From Camelus dromedarius (Eukaryota), in contig NC_087444.1 of NCBI RefSeq assembly GCF_036321535.1, positions 44,082,001 through 44,146,000 on the forward strand: 64,000 nt of DNA, written 5' to 3'. The notes beneath the pieces were generated by a model that saw only the letters and a list, made by a program, of their open reading frames with translations, did no database searches and had not been told where the DNA came from. Positions 50,901 to 62,049 of this stretch are shown here, piece after piece (position 1 is the stretch's first letter; every line of letters begins with the position of its first letter). A program made the translations under genes and the position numbers.

Positions 50901-51739
50901 ACCCATCCCCTTCTCCCAATTAACTCTCATTTGGGTCCCAGTTTGTCAGCGCCTCCTCCGGGAAGCCTTCCCTGGCTGCTTCTGGCTGACTAAAGTGCCC
51001 TAAAGTCCCCGTGCTTCCCTGGTTAGCCATCAGCATTGGCCTCTCACCCAGAACTGCTTGGCCTTTGGGTCATAGACTTTAGAGAGCCCAACCTGAGTCT
51101 CAGAGACACTTCTTAGAAAAATGCATGGAGACCCATGATTCTGTACCTGGTTTCATGGCATCCATGGTTAAGGGCCCCAACCAGACACTAAACTTGATGA
51201 GGATAGAAGTGTGTCTATCATGCATCTCCAGAGCCTAGTGCTGGGCACACACTAGGTACTCAATAAATGCATGCTGAATAGATGAATTTATAGTCTACAC
51301 TGGATCAACCCCGGATCATTGATTCAAGGTGCAAGCTGAGGGTGGAGGCACAGCTGACTCTGGGAGGATGAGGAGGGACACCCAACTCACTCAGCAAAAG
51401 AAGTCAAGCTCCGGCTCCTGGTCGCCGTCTCCATTCTCTTCATCCAGAGCAGGGTTTCTTCAGACGCCTCTGTGGGAAGAGTCAGACCACCGCCTCAGCC
51501 TCTGTCCGCAGCTGCCCCCAGCCCATGGCCTCCGGGCATTCCGCCCCAGCCTGCTGCTCCCCCAGGAGACCTAAGTGCCCCCTTCCAATCTCCCTTGCTT
51601 TCAGGCCTCCCCCTTCACATCACAGCCAGAGGCCTGGGCTAGGATTGCCCTCACAGCTCAGCACAGCCCTCTTACCCACTGTCCTGCTCTGAGAAGTCAC
51701 GAGGCACAGGCAGAGGAAAAGGACCCCATGGTGATCCAT
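41842..51739 (-). CDS. ADGRG5: Adhesion GPCR G5 (GPR114), complete spliced CDS in 11 coding exons; 1590 nt / 529 aa if the 49863 donor is used
   Basis: Exons assembled by hand with AG/GT sites and consistent phases. The protein runs MDHHGVLFLCLCLV...CVFWKEG...WSPEGC...CRCTHLTYFAVLMQLSP (GPS/Stachel)...7TM...EAFSSSHTMQ*, closely matching recalled human/mouse GPR114. Confidence 0.95.
42323..42600 (-). CDS. ADGRG5: ADGRG5 exon 11 (TM5-TM7), 278 nt
   Basis: ccctgcag|A acceptor, G|GTAGGG donor; CWVRNPGVHSVLV...FTIFNSLY. Confidence 0.95.
43655..44200 (+). mobile_element. L1 3' end in ADGRG5 intron 10
   Basis: gaagatgtggtgtatatatacacgatggaatattattcag...gtagatcttaaaagttc...aattacacttcaattaaaaaaa. 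Confidence 0.85.
45458..45575 (-). CDS. ADGRG5: ADGRG5 exon 10 (TM4, ECL2), 118 nt
   Basis: ctcctcag|GG acceptor, AT|GTGAGT donor. Confidence 0.93.
45790..46150 (+). repeat. Low-complexity GGT/GAT-rich tract in ADGRG5 intron 9
   Basis: ggtgatggtggaggtgatggtgg repeats. Confidence 0.8.
46226..46494 (-). CDS. ADGRG5: ADGRG5 exon 9 (TM2-TM4 start), 269 nt
   Basis: cccacag|G acceptor, G|GTAAG donor; contains RIHMNLHASV and WMAIEGFNLY. Confidence 0.95.
46754..46875 (-). CDS. ADGRG5: ADGRG5 exon 8 (QLSPAP...TM1), 122 nt
   Basis: cccacag|CAA acceptor, AG|GTATTC donor. Confidence 0.95.
47100..47520 (-). mobile_element. Old MaLR LTR (MLT1J/K-like); a similar element lies on the + strand at about 48560-48970
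   Basis: gccaataaa-type and tgagttggattttctgtc motifs typical of old MLT1; boundaries approximate. Confidence 0.6.
47602..47754 (-). CDS. ADGRG5: ADGRG5 exon 7, GPS motif with HL/T autoproteolysis site and start of the Stachel (TYFAVLM), 153 nt
   Basis: ccttag|GAA acceptor, ATG|GTATGT donor; translates as CVFW...W...GC...CRCTHLTYFAVLM. Confidence 0.95.
49143..49259 (-). CDS. ADGRG5: ADGRG5 exon 6 (KDINSSLLNNYVLGAQLGHGHVHNLSEPVNISFWHNQSL), 117 nt
   Basis: ctttccag|AAA acceptor, CTG|GTAATG donor. Confidence 0.92.
49863..49994 (-). CDS. ADGRG5: ADGRG5 exon 5 (APAQHAMQFPAELTRDACRTHQRELRLICIYFSTTHFFQ[DGPSR]); 3' end uncertain
   Basis: ctgcag|GCC acceptor. The homologous donor position 49878/49877 reads CAG|GA; in-frame GT donors lie at 49863/49862 and 49830/49829. 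Confidence 0.8.
50607..50763 (-). CDS. ADGRG5: ADGRG5 exon 4 (LIHGLECRLLNASFGGHNLTLQTNTIQTLAFKLGCDFTGLSLSSAALGRVPQ), 157 nt
   Basis: ccttcag|G acceptor, CAG|GTCAGA donor; lies within ORF 50457..50867. Confidence 0.93.
51391..51469 (-). CDS. ADGRG5: ADGRG5 exon 3 (EASEETLLWMKRMETATRSRSLTSFA), 79 nt
   Basis: cccacag|AG acceptor and GA|GTGAGT donor; the phases join exons 2 and 4 in frame; similar to human ETWEELLSYMENM. Confidence 0.85.
51676..51739 (-). CDS. ADGRG5: ADGRG5 exon 2, coding part (signal peptide MDHHGVLFLCLCLVTSQSRTV); exon begins at 51777 with 38 nt of 5' UTR
   Basis: Acceptor ttttccag|G at 51778/51777, ATG at 51739, donor G|GTAAG at 51676/51675 (phase 1). Confidence 0.9.
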
Positions 51740-52204
51740 GTCCTGTGCTCTGTCTCCTCCAAGAACCAGCTCCCGCCCTGGAAAAGGTGCATCCCGTCGG
51801 CATCGTGGTAAAAGAGCGGCCTCTAACTCTGGGTGTCTGGCATATCCCAAGATCAGGATGTGCAGTATTGTATTTGATCCTCAATACTCCTGCATTTCAC
51901 AGATGAGGAAACTGAGGCTCAGAGAACAAGGGGTCTTGGTTTGCTTGAGGCTGCCTGAAGCCAGGTCTCTGTGACTCCAGAATCCTTGACCATTTGGTAA
52001 TGCCCGCCATTTGCAGCTCTGCCTGAGACACTTCCCCCTCCCCAAAAGTGGTCTCTCTAGGGGCCTCCCCAGGGCTCTGACCTCACCCAGAGGAAAACTG
52101 GGAGACGCTTGTCATTAATCCTGTCCAGCCCTGTCATTCATCCACCACGTGACTTCAGGCAAGAATCTGTCCCACTCTGTTCTCATTTTCTGTGGTTTTA
52201 TTTT

Positions 52205-52305
52205 ATTATTATTTTTGTGGGGGGAGGGCAGTAATTAGGTTTATTTATTTATTTTTTAATGGTGGTACCGGGGATTGAGCTTTACCACTTGAGCTATACC
52301 CTCCC
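52205..52305 (-). mobile_element. Vic-type SINE with internal deletion
   Basis: gggagggtatagctcaagtggtaaag...aatccccggtaccacc...cctaattac on the minus strand. Confidence 0.8.
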
Positions 52306-53462
52306 TCCATTTTCCTTGATTTTAAAATGAACTAATAAACTTCTGCTTAAATATAGCAAATGTTATGTCTGCCTCCCAAAATGCCACTAAAATGAGAGTG
52401 AATGAATAAAACACACAAAGTCACAAAAGAGAAAGAAGACAACAGCAGATGAGAGATGCCAGAAAAACTTTGGAGGCTACAAAGCAGGTGGCCACCTCGT
52501 TAAAAAAAAAAAAAATTAGCAGATCATAAAACATTGAGCCCAAGTGCCTGCAGTGGGCAGAGGTGTGGGGTTGGGGTTGGGGGCATTGGGAGGCAGGAAG
52601 AAGCCCGCTAGGTCAAACCTGACAACCACAGAAGCACCTGAGAACTGGAGGCATCGGGAACTTCTGAAGGTGAGATGAAGGGCGAGGCTAAAAACAAGGG
52701 GTTGTTGGCTGTGAGTCTTTAAATGACCAGCTGGGTTCCTGGATCTCCTCTGCCCCCCAGGGCATCCAGGAGCCTTCCGCACTACCCTTCCATCCCCAAC
52801 CCCACCTCAACACAAAGTTCATCCCTTCCCTGGAGACAGTGCACCATAGAGAATCTGAGGCAAAGGGTGGGGTGCCTTTCTAGTGCAGGAAAATTAAGCC
52901 ACATCCCCTCTCCACTTCCTCCTCCAACCAGCTTCCAGAAGACTGCAGCAGCCAGGTAATGATACTCCAAGGCAGGAGAAAATCCTTTTCTGAAGAACTG
53001 ACCATTCCAAGAAACAGCCCGAAACTGGAAACAATCCCACTGTGCCTTCAGTGGGTGAATGGTTAAATAAACTCAGGTACACCCATAACGTGAAATACAA
53101 CTCGGCAAGTAAAAAAATATATTGTTACATACAACTTGAATGGGTCTCAAGGGAATCATGCTGAGGGGGAGAAAGAAAGTGCCAATGTCTTTTGCATCAA
53201 AATGTTGCATACTATATGATTTCATTTATATGATGTTCTTGAAACAACAAAATTATAGAGATGGAGAACAGATTAGTGGTTGCCAGTGGTGAGGAGGGCG
53301 GTGTGGTGTGTCTGTAAAGAGGCAGCACTAGGGAGCCTTGTGGTGATGGGACAGTTTTGTATCTTGATTATGGTGGTGATTACAAGAATCTACGCTTGTA
53401 AAATTGCATTGAACTAAACATACACACACATAAATAAGTGCATAAAAACTGGTGAAATCTGA

Positions 53463-53689
53463 TAAACAACATATTCATACTGTATATAGCACAGGGAACA
53501 ATATTCAATATCTTGTAGTAACTTACAGTAAAAAAGAATATGAAAATGAATATATGTATGTTCGTGTATGACTGAAGCATTGTGCTGCACCCCAGAAATT
53601 GACACATTGTAAACTGACTGTACTTCAAATATATACATATACACACAATAAACAAACAAACATTTATTAGTAAGAAGGCAAAAAAAAAA
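53463..53689 (+). mobile_element. Short lineage L1 3' end inside an older L1 3' end
   Basis: TSD TG(G/A)TGAAATCTGA at 53450-53462 and 53690-53702. Confidence 0.8.
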
Positions 53690-54485
53690 TGATGAAATCT
53701 GAATAAAGGCAGTGAGTTGTACCAATTTCCTGGTTTTGATATTGTGCTTTAGATATGCAAGATGCTACCATTGGAGAAAACTGGGTGAAAGGTAGACAAA
53801 ACCTTTTTTGTGTATTTTTTTTTTTGCAGCCTCCTGAGAATTTATCATTTTTTTCAAAATCAAAAGTTAAAAAATTACAGTACAATGGATCACCATTTCA
53901 CTAAGAAAAATTATGATGAAGATAGCCACATAGAAGAGGAACACAGCATATAGAGTGGAAAGAGCACATTGAAAATAATATGTATAATATAATCATATTT
54001 ATGGAAAATTATCTTTATATGCATATTTAAGCCTATGAGGATACATAGGAGAATGGTCACCAAAATGTTCATAATGTTATGGGAGGGGTAATTTTCTTTT
54101 TTTATGTTTCCTGTATTGTTTGAATCTTCTACAACAAAATATGTATTACCTTCACAACAGAAAAGCAAATTTTTAATGCTTAGGATTTTTGTAATACTCC
54201 AAATGACTATTAATCATTATAGAAAAAAATAATAGTGACATATTGCTTACAAAAAACAAAAAGAATGTTGCAAAGTAATGTAACCCGATCCTTGTAAAAA
54301 TTTTTTTTTTATGTATGCAAAATCTGGAAGATGCACATCAAGGTCATTTCTGGGGGAAGGGGAGGGTGAGATTCTGGGCCAATTTGTGTTGTTTGTCTAT
54401 GTTTATGAAGTTACCCCATATGTTATAAACATACATTTCTCAATTTTTATTTACTCTTCAGATGGTTTAGAAATTGAAATCTTTC

Positions 54486-54716
54486 CTGGGATTTCAAAAT
54501 GTAGAATAGATAAACAAGATTATACTGTACAGCACAGGGAAATATATACAACATCTTGTGGTAGCTTACAGCGAGAAAAAAAATGTGACAATGAATATAT
54601 GTATGTTCGTGTATAATTGAAAAATTGTGCTCTACACTGGAATTTGACACAACATTGTAAAATGACTATAACTCAATAAAAACATGTTTAAAAAATAAAT
54701 AAAAATTAAAAATAAT
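54486..54716 (+). mobile_element. Short lineage L1 3' end with 15-bp TSD
   Basis: TSD AAATTGAAATCTTTC at 54471-54485 and 54717-54731. Confidence 0.88.
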
Positions 54717-57361
54717 AAATTGAAATCTTTCAAGTACAAACAGTAAATACATAAAAAAAGGTATAAAATGCGAAGTATTCCTGCCTCTTGCGTCGCACAA
54801 CCACTGGGTTCCCAGTTAGTCACTCCCAGGGAACCACTGCTGTTAGCGTTTTGTGTGTCTTTCCCGGTTCCTTCACACAAATACAAGCAAATATGATTTC
54901 CTCCATGTTATAAAAAAAAAAAAGCAGCACACTCTATATACTGTTTTGACCTTAGCTTTTTTCACCTGAAAATGCATCTTGGAGAGCCTCCACTTTTTCT
55001 TTTACAACTGCACAGTCTGATGTAGGGAGAAACCACAATTTCTTTAACCAGTCCCCTGTTAATAGCCATTTGTGCTGGTTCCAGTCTTTTGCTCTTACAA
55101 ACTGTACAGCTGTGCTGGTATTTGCATCAGTTCCCCACATGTGCAGGTTCATCATCTGCCCATTTTTATATTGGGTTAGACTTTTCCTTACCAACTTGTA
55201 GAAACCCTTTACATAATAGGAAAATTAGCTCTTTGTCTGTCATATGAGTTGCAAATATCTTTCCTAGTTGGTCATTTGCCTTTTGACATTACAGCTGGTG
55301 TTTTTTGCCATGTAGGTCTTTTTTAAATAAAAAAATTCTTATGTGATGAAAATTACCAGTGTTTTCTCTATGGGCTTCTGGATTTTGAGTTGTAGCTAGA
55401 AAGACTCTCCCCATTCCAACATTACACAGAAATTCTCCTAAGTTTCTTGTAGAACTTTAAAGGTTTCGTTTTTTCACGTTGGAATCTACAGTCCATTTGC
55501 ATTGATCCTGGAGTGTGAAATATGGATTCAGTTTTTTTCTCCTGGTGGTCATCCATTTGCGTTAACACTACTTATTAATATGAGTGTTTATTTTTAAAGA
55601 GAATGACCAAAACTAAAGCAAACCCCCACCCCCACCCCCAAAACAAACAAAAAGAGAATGAAGACTTCGGAGTTGTGGAATGCTGAGTTCTTATTTCTTT
55701 GGCTATTAAGTTATTTATCTGGCTGTGTTACATTGGTCAATTCGCTTACCCTCTTAGAACCTCAGACCAAGGGAAAAGATTTGGGAAGACAAAGGAAGCC
55801 ACTCGATGAAACTGTTTGGAATGTTTCAGGTGAGAAAATTGAGAAGCTGACAGTGCAGAAAATGTCCACCCCCTTCACGGTACGAATGGAGAAACTGAGG
55901 CCCAGACAGTGGTGTGGATTTGACTGCCTGGATCTGGACGGGAAGGCTGGGTCCCCAGGCCCTTGGCCATGCTGCTCCCAGGCAGACTCAGAGGGGAGAG
56001 GGGCTTAACCTCACCACCCAGCTGGAGAAATTAAGGGCAAAGCAGAAGTGACACCTCCCCCAAGCACCCCAAATAGAAGCTGTGGTTTCCAGCCACTTTC
56101 TCAGAGCAAACCACAATCTTCACTTCTGCCTACAACCCCCCACATCCTCCTCTCCATTTTTTCAAAGAGACCACCACTCCCCATTACTCCGCACTCTCGA
56201 CTATCTCATTCTTTCTGCAATCCGTTATTTGGGGCCCTCTGGGAAACAGAGGAATCCCTTACCTGACTCCCAAGATGGTTCCAGCTGACCGTGGGGAAAC
56301 TGAGTACCGCACAAGGTTGTCTGGGGTTCTTCAGGAGGCCAGTGGTCAGGCTGAGACGCAAACTCACCTCAAGCGCTCTCCCGTGGTGCACTGCAGCCTC
56401 CTAAAGATGGCTGGGTGGCTGAGTAGCTGTATGGATGAACAAAACCCTATTTAGGCCAATAGAGGGTGAGCAGACATATGGAGCACAGAACAGAGCCTTT
56501 AGAAGATGTAAATTTGATAACTAGTTCCAATATTCAGTGCACAAGCTGTGACATTAGGCAAGGAACTTGACCTTCCTGCGCTTCAGTTTTTCTCATCTGT
56601 AAAATGAGATCTATTTCCCAGGGAGAAAGATTCAAACAAGCATTTCCATGATCCACATTCCTAGGAATCTGAGGTTCTCACCCCAGGTTCCCAGCCAGAA
56701 ATACATTGACTAGGAGACCTAGGAACACCTGCCTTCCTCTCCTGGGCCAGCTATGAATTCTGGCAGCCCACCCTCTCCCCAACAGCACCAAGGCCTGCTA
56801 AGCCCATGCACTCCTGGACAGAGCCCCACCTGCCCCTCAACAGCTGCTCCTGCCAACCACAGGCTAGAGTCCCCACCTCTGGCCTCACCCTGGCCTGGAT
56901 GAAAAGAGAAGCTGTAGTCTCTGTAGGGAAGTCCTGACAGGAGCTACTATCACAGGCAGGGAAAAGGGGGCCCCCATCAATACCCAACAGAGAGTCTGCG
57001 ACCCAGCCAGATCTAGAGCCACTGCCCTGAGACACACTGTCCCCAGGCTCCAGTCCAGGTCACTCAGAGGAACTGCAGCTACTCCGATTTGCCAGGCACA
57101 AACTCTGGGCCAGGCCCTCACCCCTATCACCTGAGGTGGAGGTTACTGGACTAGCCCCATTTCACAGATGAGGAAATGAGGTCCAGAAAAGCAAAGTCCA
57201 GTAACTTGCCCTAGGCCACATAGAGAGGAGTGAAGATTTGAACCCTATGCCTAGCCACCCCTTAATTTAAATTGCCTTTTTTCAAAAACATCAGTCTCTC
57301 CATTCTCAAGGTTTGGAGCTGCCACCAGGGGCCCAGGAACTGGTGAAGGGAAAAAACCTAC

Positions 57362-57600
57362 CTTGCTGCTCCAGGGATGTCACTAGTTCCGGGGATAAGG
57401 ACAGAACCTCTGGGGAGTGGGGCAGGGAGAGGCCCAGAGCGGCTGATCTGTGCCGTGCTGCTGTCTGGCTGCCTTCCCGCCGCCTTCTGCAGGAAGAAGG
57501 GGAAGTCGAGAATCTCTGGGCTGCCAGCGCCTGTTTGCTCTCTTCACCCTATGCCCCGCACCCCACACTCTGACTTCACTTCTCCTCTCACTGGCAGAAG
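57362..57600 (-). promoter_or_regulatory. ADGRG5: Candidate ADGRG5 non-coding first exon and promoter
   Basis: Good donor AAG|GTAGGT at 57362/57361; nearby GGGGAAGT (ETS/PU.1-like) and GAAGTGAAGT (IRF-like) motifs; locally higher CpG; about 5 kb from the CpG island, similar to the recalled human layout. Confidence 0.4.
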
Positions 57601-60600
57601 CCTTTTTGCTTCTTTTGAGGTGCTGGGCATGCCCAGCTCATCCCTTGACCTCAAACCTCCAGGGTCTGCAGCATTTCCTGGGGCAGCTACACATTTGCAG
57701 AGGTGCTGGGCGTCAGTGGGAGAGGGAGAGCAGGGGAGAGGGAGGAGGGCAGGCCAACACAGCACCCAGCAGGGTTCAAGACCCACCTCAGCTCTGCGCC
57801 CTTGGGCAAGAGATGTCACCTCTTAGACTCAATTTCCCCACCTGTATGTAGGAAAGGGAGAATGATCCCTGCCTGACCTGATGATCAATGAGATGGTTAA
57901 TGGCGAAGATCTCAGGCCAGGGCTGGGTCAAGCTGCCTGGGTTGAAATACCAGGCCCAGCACTTCCTGGCTGGGTAATTTGGGCAAGTGACTGAAATTCT
58001 CTGAACCTCAGTTTCCCCTCTGTAAAATGGAGATAATGACAGTACCACCTTGTGAGGTGGTGGTGGGGCTCATAAAAGGTGATGTTGCAGTCACCAGAAA
58101 TGCTCCATAAAGCCCTCATTTCACAGATGGTGGGGGGAGGGGGGTCCAGAGTTCCAGGGAGGATAAAGGGCTTGGCCCAGAGTTACCCAGCACAGAGCCC
58201 TCTGGAGAAAGGCCTCACTGGCAGCAGAACTCAGAAAACATGACCAAAACTATGAGAAGGCTGGCCAGCTTCTCCTTGAGCCCAAGGTCTGGACAAGCCT
58301 GTCCTACACCAGTCACTTCCTCTGCAGAACCCTCAGGGACAGGGGGAAGTGTCTGTGTGTGGGTGGGGAGACAGGGCACTATCTCTTGCCTGGGGCCCAG
58401 CCAGAATCCCTGGGAAAATTCTGACTCAGGAATGTGCTTGCCTACCCCCAAGAGTGAGATGGGGGTGCAGCAACAGGGAGAAACCAGGGAGGTCCCAACA
58501 TGGTCTCCCTCCTCTCTGCCCCGACACTGGGGCCCTTGCAGCATCCACCCAAGCCCAGCCCACAAGTAGCTCAGGTGGCCTCTGTGGAAGGAAGGAGGGG
58601 AGCTGCTCCTTGCAGGGCAGAGAGATTTCAGGAAAGCACAAGTCCACACATGCAGGCTCCCCATCCCAGCTGCAGGGACACCTTAGCACCTGTGTCCTGA
58701 CTCCTTGGCCACATTCCCGGGTGACTTGGGCAAACTGTTGCCCTCCTCTGAACTTCGGTTTTCTGCAACCATGACCCAGCCCTTGATCTCCAGGCCCTTC
58801 CTTTCTGAGGTCTCCTGACCACCTCTAGGGTTGCAACACCAGTAGCTGCTTCCAGGACCCAGGAGGAGGCCCTACTCACCCCAAACCCCTCTGTTTTCCA
58901 TCCTGGAGCTGTAATAGGCTCACTGTGCCCCACCTCACTTGGGGGTACTGTTACATAGCCCTGCACTGCAGATCCTGGAACTCACTGCCAAGACACTCCC
59001 CAGCTCAAAAGCCAGCAGTGGCTCCCCACTGCCTTCATGGTCTAGTCCCATCCAATTTCTACTTCCACCCAGTTCGAGAAGTGCCTGCCATAACCATACC
59101 CATCTCCCTGCTCTCTTCCTGCTGTTACATGTACATACCTGGGTGATGCTCCAGCTCTTCTCCATCCCTCAGGGCCCAGCTCAAGTCCTGTCTCCTCTGG
59201 GAAGGCTTCTCTGCCTCCAATTCCCCGATAAAACATTCCACATGCTTCCACTTTAGGAGGCATGCCAGGCCCTTGCTCAGTCGCCCAGGCAGGGAGGAGG
59301 CAAGCCACCCTGGGAGAACCACACCCCAGTCCTAGTGAAGAGCCTCTCCACGTGGGGCATGTTTCCCCTGGCGATCAGCCCAAGGGCAGTAAGTGGCATC
59401 CCCAACAGGGCATCAGATAAACTGAGTCACACCAGGAAAAATTCATTTCCTTTTCAATCTTTCTCAATCCTGGTGGCATCAAGAAGAAGCATCCGTTTAA
59501 AGCTAAATTGTGTCTACTCCATTTCTACCACTGCCTTCTATCCTTTTGATTTTCATTCTTCAACTTTTTATTAGACATAGAAAACAAGATATCTGATTTT
59601 TTTTTAAGATATCTGATTCTTAATGATTTTTATTGTGGCAAAATATACATGAAATCTACTGTTTTAGCCATTCTTAAGTGNNNNNNNNNNNNNNNNNNNN
59701 NNNNNNNNNNNNNNNNNNNNNNNNNNNNNNNNNNNNNNNNNNNNNNNNNNNNNNNNNNNNNNNNNNNNNNNNNNNNNNNNNNNNNNNNNNNNNNNNNNNN
59801 NNNNNNNNNNNNNNNNNNNNNNNNNNNNNNNNNNNNNNNNNNNNNNNNNNNNNNNNNNNNNNNNNNNNNNNNNNAATCCATGNNNNNNNNNNNNNNNNNN
59901 NNNNNNNNNNNNNNNNNNNNNNNNNNNNNNNNNNNNNNNNNNNNNNNNNNNNNNNNNNNNNNNNNNNNNNNNNNNNNNNNNNNNNNNNNNNNNNNNNNNN
60001 NNNNNNNNNNNNNNNNNNNNNNNNNNNNNNNNNNNNNNNNNNNNNNNNNNNNNNNNNNNACAAAGAGAAAGTTTCTAGCTAGATTGATGATGTTTACTTG
60101 GATGACATTTATTTTTATGATTTTCTTCTATTCATGGCAACTGATAACAGATTTCCTATTTAGCCTGAAATACATATATGTCCTAAAAAAGTGAACTAAT
60201 TTAAAGAAAAATGCTAAGTAAATAATGGCACAAGTGCTATGTGTTGATGGCAAAGAGTGGTGGCAGAGAGACAGGACAGAGAACAACTGAAGTGCGGGAT
60301 ATAGGAACACAGCCTCAGTCAGAAACTCTACTGTGCTAAGCTGGGTAAAGAAACCGCTCGGAGGCCACTGAGCAGCTCATACCAGATTAGCAGGGCATCT
60401 AGAAAGCTGGCTGGAGGTGTGATTTTAAGAACAGAAGTGAGAATAATAAGATTGAAAGTCAGGGCTCTCAGACCTCTCAGCTGTGTGACCTGAGCCTCTC
60501 ACTTGTCTTCTGATCGTTATTTTTCTCACTGTGAGAAGGTGGTGGCACCACCCAGCTCAAAAGATGGCTATAAAACTGAGTTAATTCATGTGAACTGGCA

Positions 60601-61378
60601 AGCTTATGGTCAGCACACGTCTTGGTTCCATGAGCAGGCAGCTTTCCTACCCCACCCCTTACAAGGGCCACCTCTAAGACAGTATTTTCGCTGCTTCTCT
60701 TCAGAGGGAGGGCCCAACTGTGATGACATGATGGGAGCTTAGGTTCACCATCAACTCAGCCTCCTCCACTTTCTCTATCCATATCGCCACCTCCAGAAGT
60801 CTGGGAAAGAACTCTCAGCTCTTGGTCCATGGCTGTCCTTACTGCCTGTGAAACTTTGGGTAAGTCTGAGCCAACAGCCTCCCTGAGCATTTCCCCAGAT
60901 TTAAAATGGGGATATTCCAGTCCTCTGAATACTCAATATCTGCATCTCACAGGTCCAAAGTACACAGGAAGCAAAGGCCAGCCACTGCAACATTTATAGA
61001 TTAGTTCCCTCTCAGACACCACATATTCCCACCAAAATCTGTCTCTAGCTGATTGTCAGTGGCTATCAACATTACCTATGCAAATACAATGCAAGTGGTG
61101 ATAAGCGAAACTGCAAATCTCGCAAAAAAGTGTGGGATTTCATGAAGTTGACAGAAGTGATGCTATGAAAATGGAGCAGACACTGACCACAGAGGAAGAG
61201 AACTTCTGTAAGAGAAATGACCAGGAAATTTCAGAATGAATTATTTGACTATCAAAGGATTCAGAGTGAGCCTTGAGTGTGAAACCCTCAAATATTTTTG
61301 CCAAAATGATCCTCTTGCTGCAAAGAGCCAATTCTTTGTTCATTCTAATGTGTACATGGCTGCAATCATAACCTAAAC

Positions 61379-61760
61379 ACAGGCATATCTCAGAGATATT
61401 TCCGGTTTGGTTCCAAGCCACCGCAGTAAATCAAATACCGCAATAAAGTGAGACACATGAATTTGTTGGCTTTTCAGTGCATGTAAAAGTTATGTTTAAA
61501 CTATATGGCAGTCTAGTAAGTGCTCAATAGTATTATGTCTAAAAAATGTACTTATCTTCATTTTAAAANNNNNNNNNNNNNNNNNNNNNNNNNNNNNNNN
61601 NNNNNNNNNNNNNNNNNNNNNNNNNNNNNNNNNNNNNNNNNNNNNNNNNNNNNNNNNNNNNNNNNNNNNNNNNNNNNNNNNNNNNNNNNNNNNNNNNNNN
61701 TTGGTGCTAAGAAACTCGCTCTAGACAGGGTTGCCGCAAACCTTCAATTTGTAAAAAACC
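61379..61760. mobile_element. TcMar-Tigger DNA transposon fragment (partly N)
   Basis: caggcatatctcagagatatttccggtttggttccaagccaccgcagtaaa terminal motif; gggttgccgcaaaccttcaatttgtaaaaaa 3' motif. Confidence 0.75.
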
Positions 61761-62049
61761 AAAAAACCAAAAAACCAAAACCCCTCAACATCTTATGAAG
61801 GGGAACAAAGAGACAGGTCTCAACTGTTAACCACGGGTTCAAACTAACTTATCTTGATCATTTTTAGATCATTTTAGTCCCAATACTCAAGGTTCCCTCC
61901 ACTATCTCTGTTAATTCTTGGTCCTCTTTTTAGATGGTTTCATCTTAGCGGCCTTCCAGGTGACAGGATGTAGTAAGAAGAGGGCCTCCTGGCACCCGCC
62001 TCCCCCTCGCTCCAAAACCGCAGACACCCACTCCCAAGAGAGGAAGCCC

